In this document: positions 27,610 to 35,571 of the stretch, in pieces
Layout: each line of letters begins with the position of its first letter
Numbering within the stretch: the stretch's first letter is position 1
IMG/VR virus record: IMGVR_UViG_3300022666_000356
Coordinates: 1-47,824 of that record
From: a virus
Lineage: Duplodnaviria > Caudoviricetes
Direction: 5' to 3' (one strand)
Length of the DNA: 47,824 nucleotides
Made by a program: the position numbers and the translations under genes
Notes under the pieces: generated by a model
The model's input: the letters and a program-made list of their open reading frames with translations, nothing else
The model's database searches: none
Told to the model about the DNA's origin: nothing

Positions 27610-27648
27610 ATGATGCATAAAACCCGCGCGGGGTTTTATGCATCATAA
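27608..27648. repeat. 18-bp perfect inverted repeat at 3' end of parR-like gene
   Basis: TTATGATGCATAAAACCC-gcgcg-GGGTTTTATGCATCATAA. Confidence 0.85.
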
Positions 27649-27864
27649 TAAAAATTGATCCAACATCCCGGCCAGCTCGTCGTCATCCTCTGCGGCCGCT
27701 CCCCCCAGGTTGCCCCCCGATCGAATTGCCGACTTTACCTTTGCGGCTTTCTTGCGGGCGGGTACGTCCTGTAGGAGAGCGATCAGATCGTCGTCCTGGC
27801 CGGGAATTAACACCAGCTTGATTTGATGGACGACGGCGACGCCGGTCTTCCGTGGGCGGCTCAT
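27643..27864 (-). CDS. ParR-like ribbon-helix-helix adaptor
   Basis: IKLVL..GQDDDLIALL...KAAKVKSAIR, acidic tail; right after parM-like gene. Confidence 0.7.
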   Translation of the reverse strand: MSRPRKTGVAVVHQIKLVLIPGQDDDLIALLQDVPARKKAAKVKSAIRSGGNLGGAAAEDDDELAGMLDQFLL

Positions 27865-27865
27865 G

Positions 27866-28822
27866 TTATTTCGCTTTCATCAGGGCCAGCTTATACAGGC
27901 CCCGCGCTACGGAGATCAGGGGATCGTCGGGCATGTAGGACTTCCCGTTGAACATTCCCATGAGCGCATCCTGGAGGAGCACTGCCCCGCCCCCTACCAG
28001 GATGACCGCCGCGAACCGATGGTGAGCCCCGCCCCAAACCTGCTCGATGGCCCCGGTGATCTCGGCCCCCCAGATGGGGAGCGCCGCCCGGGTGTCGAGT
28101 CGTCCAGCCCTCAACTTTGTATCCAGTTCCCCGCGGGAGTAGTAGCCCTGGGGGTCGGCCAGCTCCAGCAGCCGGCGCACCCCAGCCGTCCGGCTACCGG
28201 TAAAGCGGTTGACTACCTCTCCCCCATGCAAAACGAGAAGCTCCAAGGTATTCATCCCAACCGACAGGACGCCGACTTCTTCGGTGAACTTCTTGCGCCG
28301 GTCGGCGATGAATTTCCCGGCCGGGTCGAGGAGCCAGTCAAACAATGCGCCGGCCGCCTGGCTGGTGACGGTGACCTTTTCGACGGTGGCCCGGTGCTCT
28401 ACGTTGTTGAGCTTCCACCGGTGCTCCCCGGTGAGCCACTCCCGCAGCCCCGCCGCCGTCCGGGCCGCCTGATCGCCTACCAGAGCCGATTGAGGCAATC
28501 CGATGATGGCGTTCATCGGCTCCGCCGGCGCTCCATCCAGCGCCGCGTAGGTCAAGGCCTTCAGCTCCGGGCTGCCGGAGACGAAGCGGGAGTCGTCGAG
28601 GTTTTCAACGGGCCTCCCGTTGGAGTGGGAGCCGGCCCCGACGTAGAACCTATGGCCGGCGATCTCTACCTGGGTAGTAGCGGCCGCCCGCTTGATCCCC
28701 GACATTTCCCCGAGCTGCTCACTGGTGCAGGTGGCGATCTGGCTGGGGATGACGACGCTGCCGGTCTCCGCATAACGTTTTATGTTGCCGGCTCCGAAAT
28801 CAAGGGCAAGGATGTTGCTCAT
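27866..28822 (-). CDS. ParM/StbA-family actin-like ATPase
   Basis: LDFGAGNIK, IIGLP, SQAAGA, SVGMNTLE, LVGGGA, VARGL. Confidence 0.9.
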   Translation of the reverse strand: MSNILALDFGAGNIKRYAETGSVVIPSQIATCTSEQLGEMSGIKRAAATTQVEIAGHRFYVGAGSHSNGRPVENLDDSRFVSGSPELKALTYAALDGAPAEPMNAIIGLPQSALVGDQAARTAAGLREWLTGEHRWKLNNVEHRATVEKVTVTSQAAGALFDWLLDPAGKFIADRRKKFTEEVGVLSVGMNTLELLVLHGGEVVNRFTGSRTAGVRRLLELADPQGYYSRGELDTKLRAGRLDTRAALPIWGAEITGAIEQVWGGAHHRFAAVILVGGGAVLLQDALMGMFNGKSYMPDDPLISVARGLYKLALMKAK

Positions 28823-28830
28823 GGGACCTC

Positions 28831-30834
28831 CTAATTGTGATTTGGTACGAACAGGATTTCGATGGGGAGTTCGGCTCGCTTCAGGATGTAATCCAATGGA
28901 TAGGTGTAGAACTCCTCCGTTTCCCCGGTCTGGGGATTGACCAGGGGTGCCGGTTTTTTATTGTCTCCTGGGCGATCGAGGGCCGCTTGTTCCGTAATCA
29001 AGCAATTGAGCAGCGTGACCAACCGGGGGCCATTGATAGAATCTGCGTTTGCCGTCAGCGATTGGAGCAAGGCCCGGCTGTTTTCTCGTTCATCTGGTTT
29101 CCTGTTGCATGGGAACCATTGCAGAATGGCCCAGAAGGCGGCCTGAGTGCGGTAGACGTGTCGGGATGCGGTGATCTGGGAGATCCAGGGGGCCGCTTCT
29201 GCGATGGTGAGCGCGGATCCCGTCTTCGTCGCGAAAATCTGCGGGATATCCCGGGCGATAAAGGCCTCACAGCGCGGGAGCGGTAGTCGGTTGGGCTGGA
29301 TCAGCGCGCCGAATTCCGGCGCCCGGGTTTGCGATTGATCCCAGGATTGGGTCAGAGGCGCATCGATAAGGGCGCAGGCCGGCAGTCCCTGGGGGATGTT
29401 GAGGGGATGATAATGCCGGCACCGTTCGCAGTTGTGTGTCTGCGGATGATTACGCGCGTTATCGTCGAGCCGCTTTAATGTTTCCTGGTAGATCCTGATC
29501 GGTTCCACGTGGGCCCGGGATTGTTCGTGGAGGCGGGCGGCTTTGGCCTTCATTTGTTCCCGGGTCGTTTCCGTCAGAACCTCAACGTATCGTTCCGGAG
29601 ATAACCAGATAGCGTTATTTTCGACAGTGCAGGGGCCGTGTTTGGCGGTCTCGGCCATAAGGCCGTAGTTTTCAGTTTTTACCATGTCGTAGGGATCATA
29701 GATGCGCTGACAAGCCGGGCCAGATTTCTCAGCCAGTTCGCACTTGTAACATTCTGTGATGCTGTACTGCCCTCGCTGGAATTGCAGAGGGGCAAAGGCG
29801 CAGCCGGAGCAGTCCAGGTCAACTTCTTCCGCGTAGATGGCCCAGAGCTTGCTGTAGCTGTCTACATCGATCCCCGTCACGGCCCTGACGATGTCCAGGA
29901 CATCGTTGAAAGATAAGGCGTCCGGTTCCCTGGATAGCAGGTTCTCTTTGTTGTACCCGTATTCGGCCAGCGCCAGGATGCGGTCAGCCCGCTTGTCGAT
30001 CTGATCCTGGCTCTTCAGCATGTAGTACTGCAAGAGCCGGATGCTGTTTCGTTCGCTGCTGGTAAGCCGTTTTTTCCCGGTGAGCTGGTAACGGTTGGGA
30101 TCGGTGAAGGCGGCCAGTTGTTTGACCCTGGCCTCGACCTGCCGGCTGGTGATAGGGTCGGAAACCGCGTTCTTTTGCGCCTTGAGCGCCCAGTTGGTGA
30201 CGGCATATTGCAGGTTGGTGGGGAGCGTTCCGATCGCCCGGGCAGCGGTGGTGGAGATCTTTTCGCTTTCCAGGGCCGCTTTCAGCTCTGGGGAGGCGTT
30301 GAGTAGGGCGACCCGCTGGGCGACGTAACCCTGGCTCTTGTTCAGATGTTGGGCCAGGTCGCGCTGGCTCCAGTGGTAGGCCTCCATCAGGCCCTGGAAT
30401 CCGCGGGCCTCTTCCAGCGGGCTCAAATTGGCATGCTCTAAATTCTCCATCACGGCCACGATGTGGAGGCCCTGGAGATCGGCTTCGTCGGCGGCGGGCC
30501 GGATCTGGACCGGGATGGTGACGGTGGAGAGGGCGGAGCGCTCGGCTTTGTCCAGACTGAGGATGCCGTCCTGGGCGATCCGGCGCACCCACTCGTCGAG
30601 AGGATGGACCGGGAAACGATCGAAGAGGGCCAGGGCCAGGCTGGCCCGGGTGCGCCGCTCGCCGGCCACCAATTCGATCATGCCGTCGGGCCGGGTGAAA
30701 ACAATGGGGGGATTCAGGAGCCCGTGGTCTCTGATGGAGACGGCCAGGGCCTTCAGCGCCTCTACCTCGAACGTTTCACGGGGTTGGAACCGTGAGGGAA
30801 CAATTTTTGTAATCGAAACGGTTTGCGTTTCCAT
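28831..30834 (-). CDS. ParB/Spo0J-family protein with long Cys-rich C-terminal extension
   Basis: FQPR..F, SIRDHGLLNP, AGERRTRA, ENL...LSPLEEA, HTH; ATG 30834 with GGAGGT. Confidence 0.85.
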   Translation of the reverse strand: METQTVSITKIVPSRFQPRETFEVEALKALAVSIRDHGLLNPPIVFTRPDGMIELVAGERRTRASLALALFDRFPVHPLDEWVRRIAQDGILSLDKAERSALSTVTIPVQIRPAADEADLQGLHIVAVMENLEHANLSPLEEARGFQGLMEAYHWSQRDLAQHLNKSQGYVAQRVALLNASPELKAALESEKISTTAARAIGTLPTNLQYAVTNWALKAQKNAVSDPITSRQVEARVKQLAAFTDPNRYQLTGKKRLTSSERNSIRLLQYYMLKSQDQIDKRADRILALAEYGYNKENLLSREPDALSFNDVLDIVRAVTGIDVDSYSKLWAIYAEEVDLDCSGCAFAPLQFQRGQYSITECYKCELAEKSGPACQRIYDPYDMVKTENYGLMAETAKHGPCTVENNAIWLSPERYVEVLTETTREQMKAKAARLHEQSRAHVEPIRIYQETLKRLDDNARNHPQTHNCERCRHYHPLNIPQGLPACALIDAPLTQSWDQSQTRAPEFGALIQPNRLPLPRCEAFIARDIPQIFATKTGSALTIAEAAPWISQITASRHVYRTQAAFWAILQWFPCNRKPDERENSRALLQSLTANADSINGPRLVTLLNCLITEQAALDRPGDNKKPAPLVNPQTGETEEFYTYPLDYILKRAELPIEILFVPNHN

Positions 30835-30853
30835 CGGACCTCCAGTTGGTTGC

Positions 30854-31153
30854 TTACGGTTGAAAATCAATGAGCACGTTCTGAGCGATGATGAAAAAAC
30901 CGGTCAGGTTCAGGCTGTAGTCGACCCAGTCTGGCGTCAGGCCGTGTTTCTGGGCCAGGTGGGCCACAAGCCGGCCCCGCTGCTCTTCGGTGATGGCGTT
31001 CAGGTCAATGTAGAACACCATGGCCGTTTTTTTGTTAGCTACCAGCTCCTCCGGCTGTATCGAGGTTACCGGGACCGTGGGTCCGCCGAAGATGGCGGTG
31101 AATTCCTCAACTCTTTCTGAATCCAGGGGTGTGACGGTGACGCGGCCGGCCAT
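30854..31153 (-). CDS. Hypothetical protein
   Basis: GGGGA RBS before ATG 31153; tight packing. Confidence 0.6.
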   Translation of the reverse strand: MAGRVTVTPLDSERVEEFTAIFGGPTVPVTSIQPEELVANKKTAMVFYIDLNAITEEQRGRLVAHLAQKHGLTPDWVDYSLNLTGFFIIAQNVLIDFQP

Positions 31154-31154
31154 G

Positions 31155-31439
31155 TTAATTCCCCGGGCGAGGGATCGCCATGGCCGTCTGGCTCCGATCC
31201 CACTGCCGGCGCCGCTCATCGCCGTGGGGTGGGTGGGCGATGTAGATCCAGCCCGAGTCGGTGGGCCAGATCCGGCCATAGCCGCGGGCGACGCTGTTGT
31301 GAACCCGGTTGACGACTTTTCGGGCCTCGCGGGTATTGAGCTGCCGGGTTTTTTCGGTGATGATGCCGGTGCCGTCGTAGATGAAGAAAACCACGGAGTG
31401 GCTTTCGCGGCCGGGCGTGTAGATAATCTTGGTTATCAT
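31155..31439 (-). CDS. Hypothetical protein
   Basis: AAGGAG RBS; tight packing. Confidence 0.55.
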   Translation of the reverse strand: MITKIIYTPGRESHSVVFFIYDGTGIITEKTRQLNTREARKVVNRVHNSVARGYGRIWPTDSGWIYIAHPPHGDERRRQWDRSQTAMAIPRPGN

Positions 31440-31442
31440 GGG

Positions 31443-32270
31443 TCACTCCTTTTTCCCCAGAGCTTTCATGAGGCTGGCCAGGGGGCACGCTTTGCAGATG
31501 GCCCCGTAGGTGCCGATATTCCCGTCGCACCCCTCGCAGATGAGGATGGTTTGTTCTACTACATCGGCGTAGGAGTCTGCGAGGGTGACGCCGTGAACCC
31601 GCAGGGCCGGGGCGACGGCCGGGCCGGTGGGGTGCTCATCCTTTGCCTTGCGGCGCTGGAACGGCGTAGCGTTGAGATGGCGGGAGCAGAGGGAGCGGAT
31701 CATCTGGGCTCCCAGTTTGTTGACGGCCCCGCGTTGGGCGATGGCGATCTGGGCCTCGCGGGGGAGCTTCCGCAGTTGACTGATCATGCCGTAATCCAGG
31801 GGAAGCAATCGCCGGTTTAACAGGTCCAGGACTTCCGCTTCCAGGTCGCCGTCGATCAGGCCGATGCGGTTGCGGATGTGGCTGGCGCTGTACCCCAACC
31901 GCTCCCCGATCTCATCGGGACTCATGCCGGCATCCTTGAGCTTTTTAAAGGCGCTGGCCTCATCCACCGGGCCCATGTCGGCCCGGTGGAGGTTCCCTAT
32001 CAGCGCCAGTATCAAGCGCTCTTCCGGCGGGGATTGCGAGGGTCTGACAATGGCCTCGATGAGTTCCCACTTCAAGATCTTGGCGGCGCGCAGCCGGCGT
32101 TCCCCGTCCAGCAGGATGTACCAGCCGTCTTTGAAAGGCCCTTCGAGTGAGATTGCGTTGAGCAATCCGTTGCGCTCCAGCGAGTCGGCCAGGGCGTAAA
32201 TTTCGTCGTCGTCCAGGATCGTCCTGGGTTGCTCCGGGTTGGGCAGGATTTTATCCAGTGGTATTTGCAT
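31443..32270 (-). CDS. Second ParB/Spo0J-family protein
   Basis: PNPEQPR, DGERRLRA, HTH, C-terminal CEGC/CKAC. Confidence 0.88.
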   Translation of the reverse strand: MQIPLDKILPNPEQPRTILDDDEIYALADSLERNGLLNAISLEGPFKDGWYILLDGERRLRAAKILKWELIEAIVRPSQSPPEERLILALIGNLHRADMGPVDEASAFKKLKDAGMSPDEIGERLGYSASHIRNRIGLIDGDLEAEVLDLLNRRLLPLDYGMISQLRKLPREAQIAIAQRGAVNKLGAQMIRSLCSRHLNATPFQRRKAKDEHPTGPAVAPALRVHGVTLADSYADVVEQTILICEGCDGNIGTYGAICKACPLASLMKALGKKE

Positions 32271-32346
32271 GGTCTCCCCCGTGGGGGCGGGCCGCTGCCC
32301 GGCCCCGCCCCGTTTTCTGTATTGCCAACATGTGACCCTCCTTGAA

Positions 32347-32610
32347 CTACTCTTCTTCGGTTTCGGTGAATTCCTCGCTCTTTCCGTTGCTGCCGCCGAT
32401 CTGCTCCAGGTTGCGTAGGGTTTGCAGGCCGGAGCTGACGGATAGGGCGAGATGAACTGCGCACGTCAAAACTACCGTTGGAGAAAAGGGCCGTTCTTTG
32501 AGGGCGGCGGTGATTCCATCGACGAGCCTCCGCTGGGAGTCGAAGATTTCGTGGAGTCTTTCCAGCTCTGCTTTCCAGATGTATCCTCCGACGCTCCGCC
32601 GTGGTGTCAT
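32347..32610 (-). CDS. Small helical protein (paralog of 39300-39512)
   Basis: ATGA overlap; LALSVSSGLQTLRNLE resembles LALAMVSALSALRALE. Confidence 0.6.
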   Translation of the reverse strand: MTPRRSVGGYIWKAELERLHEIFDSQRRLVDGITAALKERPFSPTVVLTCAVHLALSVSSGLQTLRNLEQIGGSNGKSEEFTETEEE

Positions 32611-32942
32611 TTCTCGCTGTCCTTTCCCTGGCCCAGCCGGTCGGCCAGGTCCGATAATCTTTCTTCCTCGCGCTCTTTTCCGATCCAGTAGCGATTGATA
32701 CTTCCGGCGATCATCGGCGCGCCTGAGAAGATAAATAGAATTCCGATAAGAATGGCCGGGGTCCAGCCGACGATAAGAGCGGAGAGCGTCAGGGTGTAGA
32801 AAACCCCGACGACGACCAGGATGGGGACGAAGCCGTCCTGGTGGCCCTTAGCCTCCAGTTTGGCGACGAACTTATCATAGAAGATCGAGATAATGAGCAG
32901 TATGACGCCTACGCTTACAAATTTCACGTCTATTTCAAACAA
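32607..32942 (-). CDS. Three-TM membrane protein (paralog of 38902-39297)
   Basis: DGF..ILVVVGV.YTL...SGAPMIAGS; likely TTG start 32942 with GGAGG (ATG 33005 alternative). Confidence 0.7.
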   Translation of the reverse strand: MFEIDVKFVSVGVILLIISIFYDKFVAKLEAKGHQDGFVPILVVVGVFYTLTLSALIVGWTPAILIGILFIFSGAPMIAGSINRYWIGKEREEERLSDLADRLGQGKDSEK

Positions 32943-33014
32943 GTTGACCTCCAGTTGGATGCTATTTATCGGTACATGGTAAGGCTGCGGGTACAATTTA
33001 AGCATGAGGAACCG

Positions 33015-33023
33015 TGTTATAAT
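33015..33023 (+). promoter_or_regulatory. Extended -10 promoter for recombinase cassette
   Basis: TGtTATAAT followed by hairpin 33040-33069. Confidence 0.6.
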
Positions 33024-33149
33024 CGATTTATCTTCTCATGTTGGGGAGCGGCCACAACCGCCCCCCAACTCTGGCTCAAACCCCACCCTACCTGGGGAAA
33101 GCCTTCATGGATTGGCCGACAGGCCAAATCAACAACGGAGGCTGAAAAC

Positions 33150-33545
33150 ATGGTTGACTTTAGACTCACTCAATCTCAGGTGGCGAAGCTTGATCGCCTG
33201 CTCCATATGGAGTACACGGCGGGCGAGCTGGCGAAGGAGCTGGCCACTGAGGCCCGTCACATTCAACATGCGATTGACGTTGGGTGCCCGCATCGAAAAC
33301 TTCAGCAAGTGGTGTACATTACTGGGGATGAGTTCCGCTTGTGGTACAACCAACATCGGGACTCCCGCAAGCGCCGGCTGGCGAAGGGGGAGTTCTATTG
33401 TTTGTCGTGTAAAGCCAGGGTGCGCCCTGATCCGGATTCCATCACATCGACGGTCCAGTTAAACCGGGTTATCCAGGAGCAAGGCCAGTGTCCCAAGTGC
33501 GGCGGAAAGGTAAACCGGTATCAATCGACGGAGGCGGCGGAATGA
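33150..33545 (+). CDS. HTH + Zn-ribbon protein (possible directionality factor)
   Basis: GGAGG RBS; YTAGELAKEL HTH, FYCLSCK...GQCPKCGGKVNR; ATGA-coupled to recombinase. Confidence 0.75.
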   Translation: MVDFRLTQSQVAKLDRLLHMEYTAGELAKELATEARHIQHAIDVGCPHRKLQQVVYITGDEFRLWYNQHRDSRKRRLAKGEFYCLSCKARVRPDPDSITSTVQLNRVIQEQGQCPKCGGKVNRYQSTEAAE

Positions 33546-34615
33546 CGATCAAACGACGCCCCGACGCTTTGATAAATCGGTCGAATTGGCGGGACACTCG
33601 CCTCTTTGTGAAGTACTGCGTCGAAGTGAAGCAGAACGGAGAGCGTACGGTGGAGTCGGTACGCCTGGGGATGGACCACTTGCTGCGCTGGGCGACGGAG
33701 ACTTCCTTGCTCAGCGCCCCGGAGATCCGCCCGGTGCTGCCGGCTTATATGGATCAACTGGACATCAAACCGGCGTACCGGAACAAGATGCTGGAGTATG
33801 CCCGGGCCTTCTTTATGTGGGCCAGGGAAGAGGAGCCGGAGCGGTATGGCCGGATCAAGAAGTCCTGGGTGGACAGCCTCCACTCGAAGCTGACCGAGCC
33901 GGAGCTGGTGGAGAAAACCCCGGTTTTTACGCTGGAGATGGTCCGGGCGATCACGGCCTTGACCCCGCAGTCTCTGGCCGAAGAGCGAGACATTGCCGCG
34001 GTGGCCATGCTTTTCTTGAGCGGAATGCGGGACGGGGCCTTTTGCACCTTGCCGCTGCGGTCGCTGGATTGGAACCAGGATCCTGTTTTGGTGAGGCAAT
34101 GGCCTTCCTGGGGTGTGAAAACCAAGAAGCGGAAGGCCGCCAACACCTATCTGCTTCCCCATGAGGATCTGGCCGATTTGCGGGCGGTTGCGCGGGATTG
34201 GTATGAGAAGGTTAAGCCGGTGATTGGGGACCGGGGCATGTACTACACCCTGATCGACTCGATCTCTGGGGAGATCAGCGCCGACCAGGCCCCGGGCGAG
34301 CACCGCTCTTCCAACCTGGCCCGCCGGCTGCGGGGCCTTTGCGAGCGCGCCGGCATTGACTACGCCAGCCCGCACCGGATAAGACATGGGCACGTCGTCT
34401 ATGCGATGAGCCTTTGTACCTCAATGGACGAGCTCAAAGCCGTGAGCCAGAATGTGATGCATGAATCTGTTGTCACCACGGAGTCAATCTATGGCGACTT
34501 GCCGTCGGATTCAGTAGCGATCACGCTCAAGGCGATGAGCCGGAGACGGCCGGGCGAAGATGGGAGCCGGCTGGCCGACTCGCTCTTCCAGTCCAAGGTC
34601 AGGACCCGGCGATAG
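33542..34615 (+). CDS. Tyrosine recombinase/integrase
   Basis: LSGMR, VKTK, PHRIRHGH, MHES..TT..IY catalytic set. Confidence 0.92.
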   Translation: MTIKRRPDALINRSNWRDTRLFVKYCVEVKQNGERTVESVRLGMDHLLRWATETSLLSAPEIRPVLPAYMDQLDIKPAYRNKMLEYARAFFMWAREEEPERYGRIKKSWVDSLHSKLTEPELVEKTPVFTLEMVRAITALTPQSLAEERDIAAVAMLFLSGMRDGAFCTLPLRSLDWNQDPVLVRQWPSWGVKTKKRKAANTYLLPHEDLADLRAVARDWYEKVKPVIGDRGMYYTLIDSISGEISADQAPGEHRSSNLARRLRGLCERAGIDYASPHRIRHGHVVYAMSLCTSMDELKAVSQNVMHESVVTTESIYGDLPSDSVAITLKAMSRRRPGEDGSRLADSLFQSKVRTRR

Positions 34616-34707
34616 AACCTTAAAATCCTGTTCCCGTGAACAGGACAACGGTTGATTGTATTCGCTATGTTAAAGTGCGACTGACGAAAGTGTGTTAAAA
34701 TAGGTTT

Positions 34708-34764
34708 ACAGGCGTTTCGACCTTCGCCTGCCCTGGGCCGCCAGCGGTATGCTGGCGGCCTTTG
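34708..34764 (+). ncRNA. Candidate antisense RNA (hairpin plus terminator)
   Basis: TGtTAAAAT 34693-34701; CAGGCG-tttcgacctt-CGCCTG; GGCCGCCAGC/GCTGGCGGCC + TTT (short U tract). Confidence 0.45.
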
Positions 34765-34953
34765 CTATGCCTCGATGCAGTCCTCAACCTGTTGCTCTTC
34801 TGGAGCAGGTTTCAAACCCTTGCGGCGGTAAATTTCTTGTTCGATGAGCCACAAAACCTCTTGGGTCCGGCTTCTGCGGTCCAATGCAGCCAGCTCCTGG
34901 AGCTGGTCGATAATGTTTTGGGTCTCGATGCGGATCAAAATAACCTCGGCCAT
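34765..34953 (-). CDS. Arc/ribbon-helix-helix regulator (cro-position)
   Basis: ILIRI...LQELAALDRRSRTQEVLWLIE; AGGAGG RBS; divergent from repressor. Confidence 0.8.
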   Translation of the reverse strand: MAEVILIRIETQNIIDQLQELAALDRRSRTQEVLWLIEQEIYRRKGLKPAPEEQQVEDCIEA

Positions 34954-35032
34954 AGTGACCTCCTGTCATTGAAACTGACTAATTTGATAATGGTTTATTA
35001 CCAGTATTAACTTTTAAGGAACGATTTAATAA

Positions 35033-35086
35033 AAATGTTGTCAATTAGTAATCATTATACGGCCCAATAACTAAAAGTCAACATTT
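35033..35086 (-). promoter_or_regulatory. Early promoter with operator-like inverted repeat
   Basis: - strand TTGACT-16-TATAAT (35081-35054); arms 35033-35049 and 35070-35086 match 14/17. Confidence 0.65.
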
Positions 35087-35149
35087 ACTCAATTTTGTTT
35101 CTGAAAAAGAACAGCTTTCATACTACCCTATCCGGAGGGGTGATGAGTA

Positions 35150-35536
35150 ATGAACAACAATCTTTCCAAGTGGATAAATAAGAAGCTTACTGAAACAGGG
35201 TGGTCAATGAGAGAACTTGCCAGAAAATTGGATGTTAGTCCAAGTCATATATCCAGAATTGCTAATTCTGAAATAAATCCAAGTCCAGAACTGGCAAAAA
35301 AAATGGCGCTCGCTTTTTCCGTACCTCCGGAAGATGTTTTTAGATTAATCGGTTGGTTACCAGAACAAACTTTTAATGATCCAGCAGAAGATGAAATGTT
35401 GGAATTGTTTCGGTTGCTTGATACAGAAACTAAATCTCATCTACTTGTGATAGCTAGGGATTTAACGGAAGTTAGATCGAGAAAGCGTAAACTGGTTGGA
35501 GAAGAGAAACTTGATTTAACAAAGGATCCTGTCTAG
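35150..35536 (+). CDS. XRE-family HTH repressor (cI-position, no peptidase domain)
   Basis: WSMRELARKLDVSPSHISRIAN...PS. Confidence 0.88.
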   Translation: MNNNLSKWINKKLTETGWSMRELARKLDVSPSHISRIANSEINPSPELAKKMALAFSVPPEDVFRLIGWLPEQTFNDPAEDEMLELFRLLDTETKSHLLVIARDLTEVRSRKRKLVGEEKLDLTKDPV

Positions 35537-35571
35537 AGAAGAAAGGTAAACTTCAATGGAGGCATGGGTAA

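Noticed and set aside
32841-33149. N-terminal extension of ORF 32841-33545
   Set aside because: Overlaps the opposite-strand membrane gene and a promoter; ATG 33150 has GGAGG.
34626-34645. LexA (SOS) box
   Set aside because: The arrangement is GTTC-N4-GAAC, the reverse of the GAAC-N4-GTTC box.
34648-34675. Complete dif site
   Set aside because: Only the XerD-like arm resembles the consensus (9/11); the XerC side does not.
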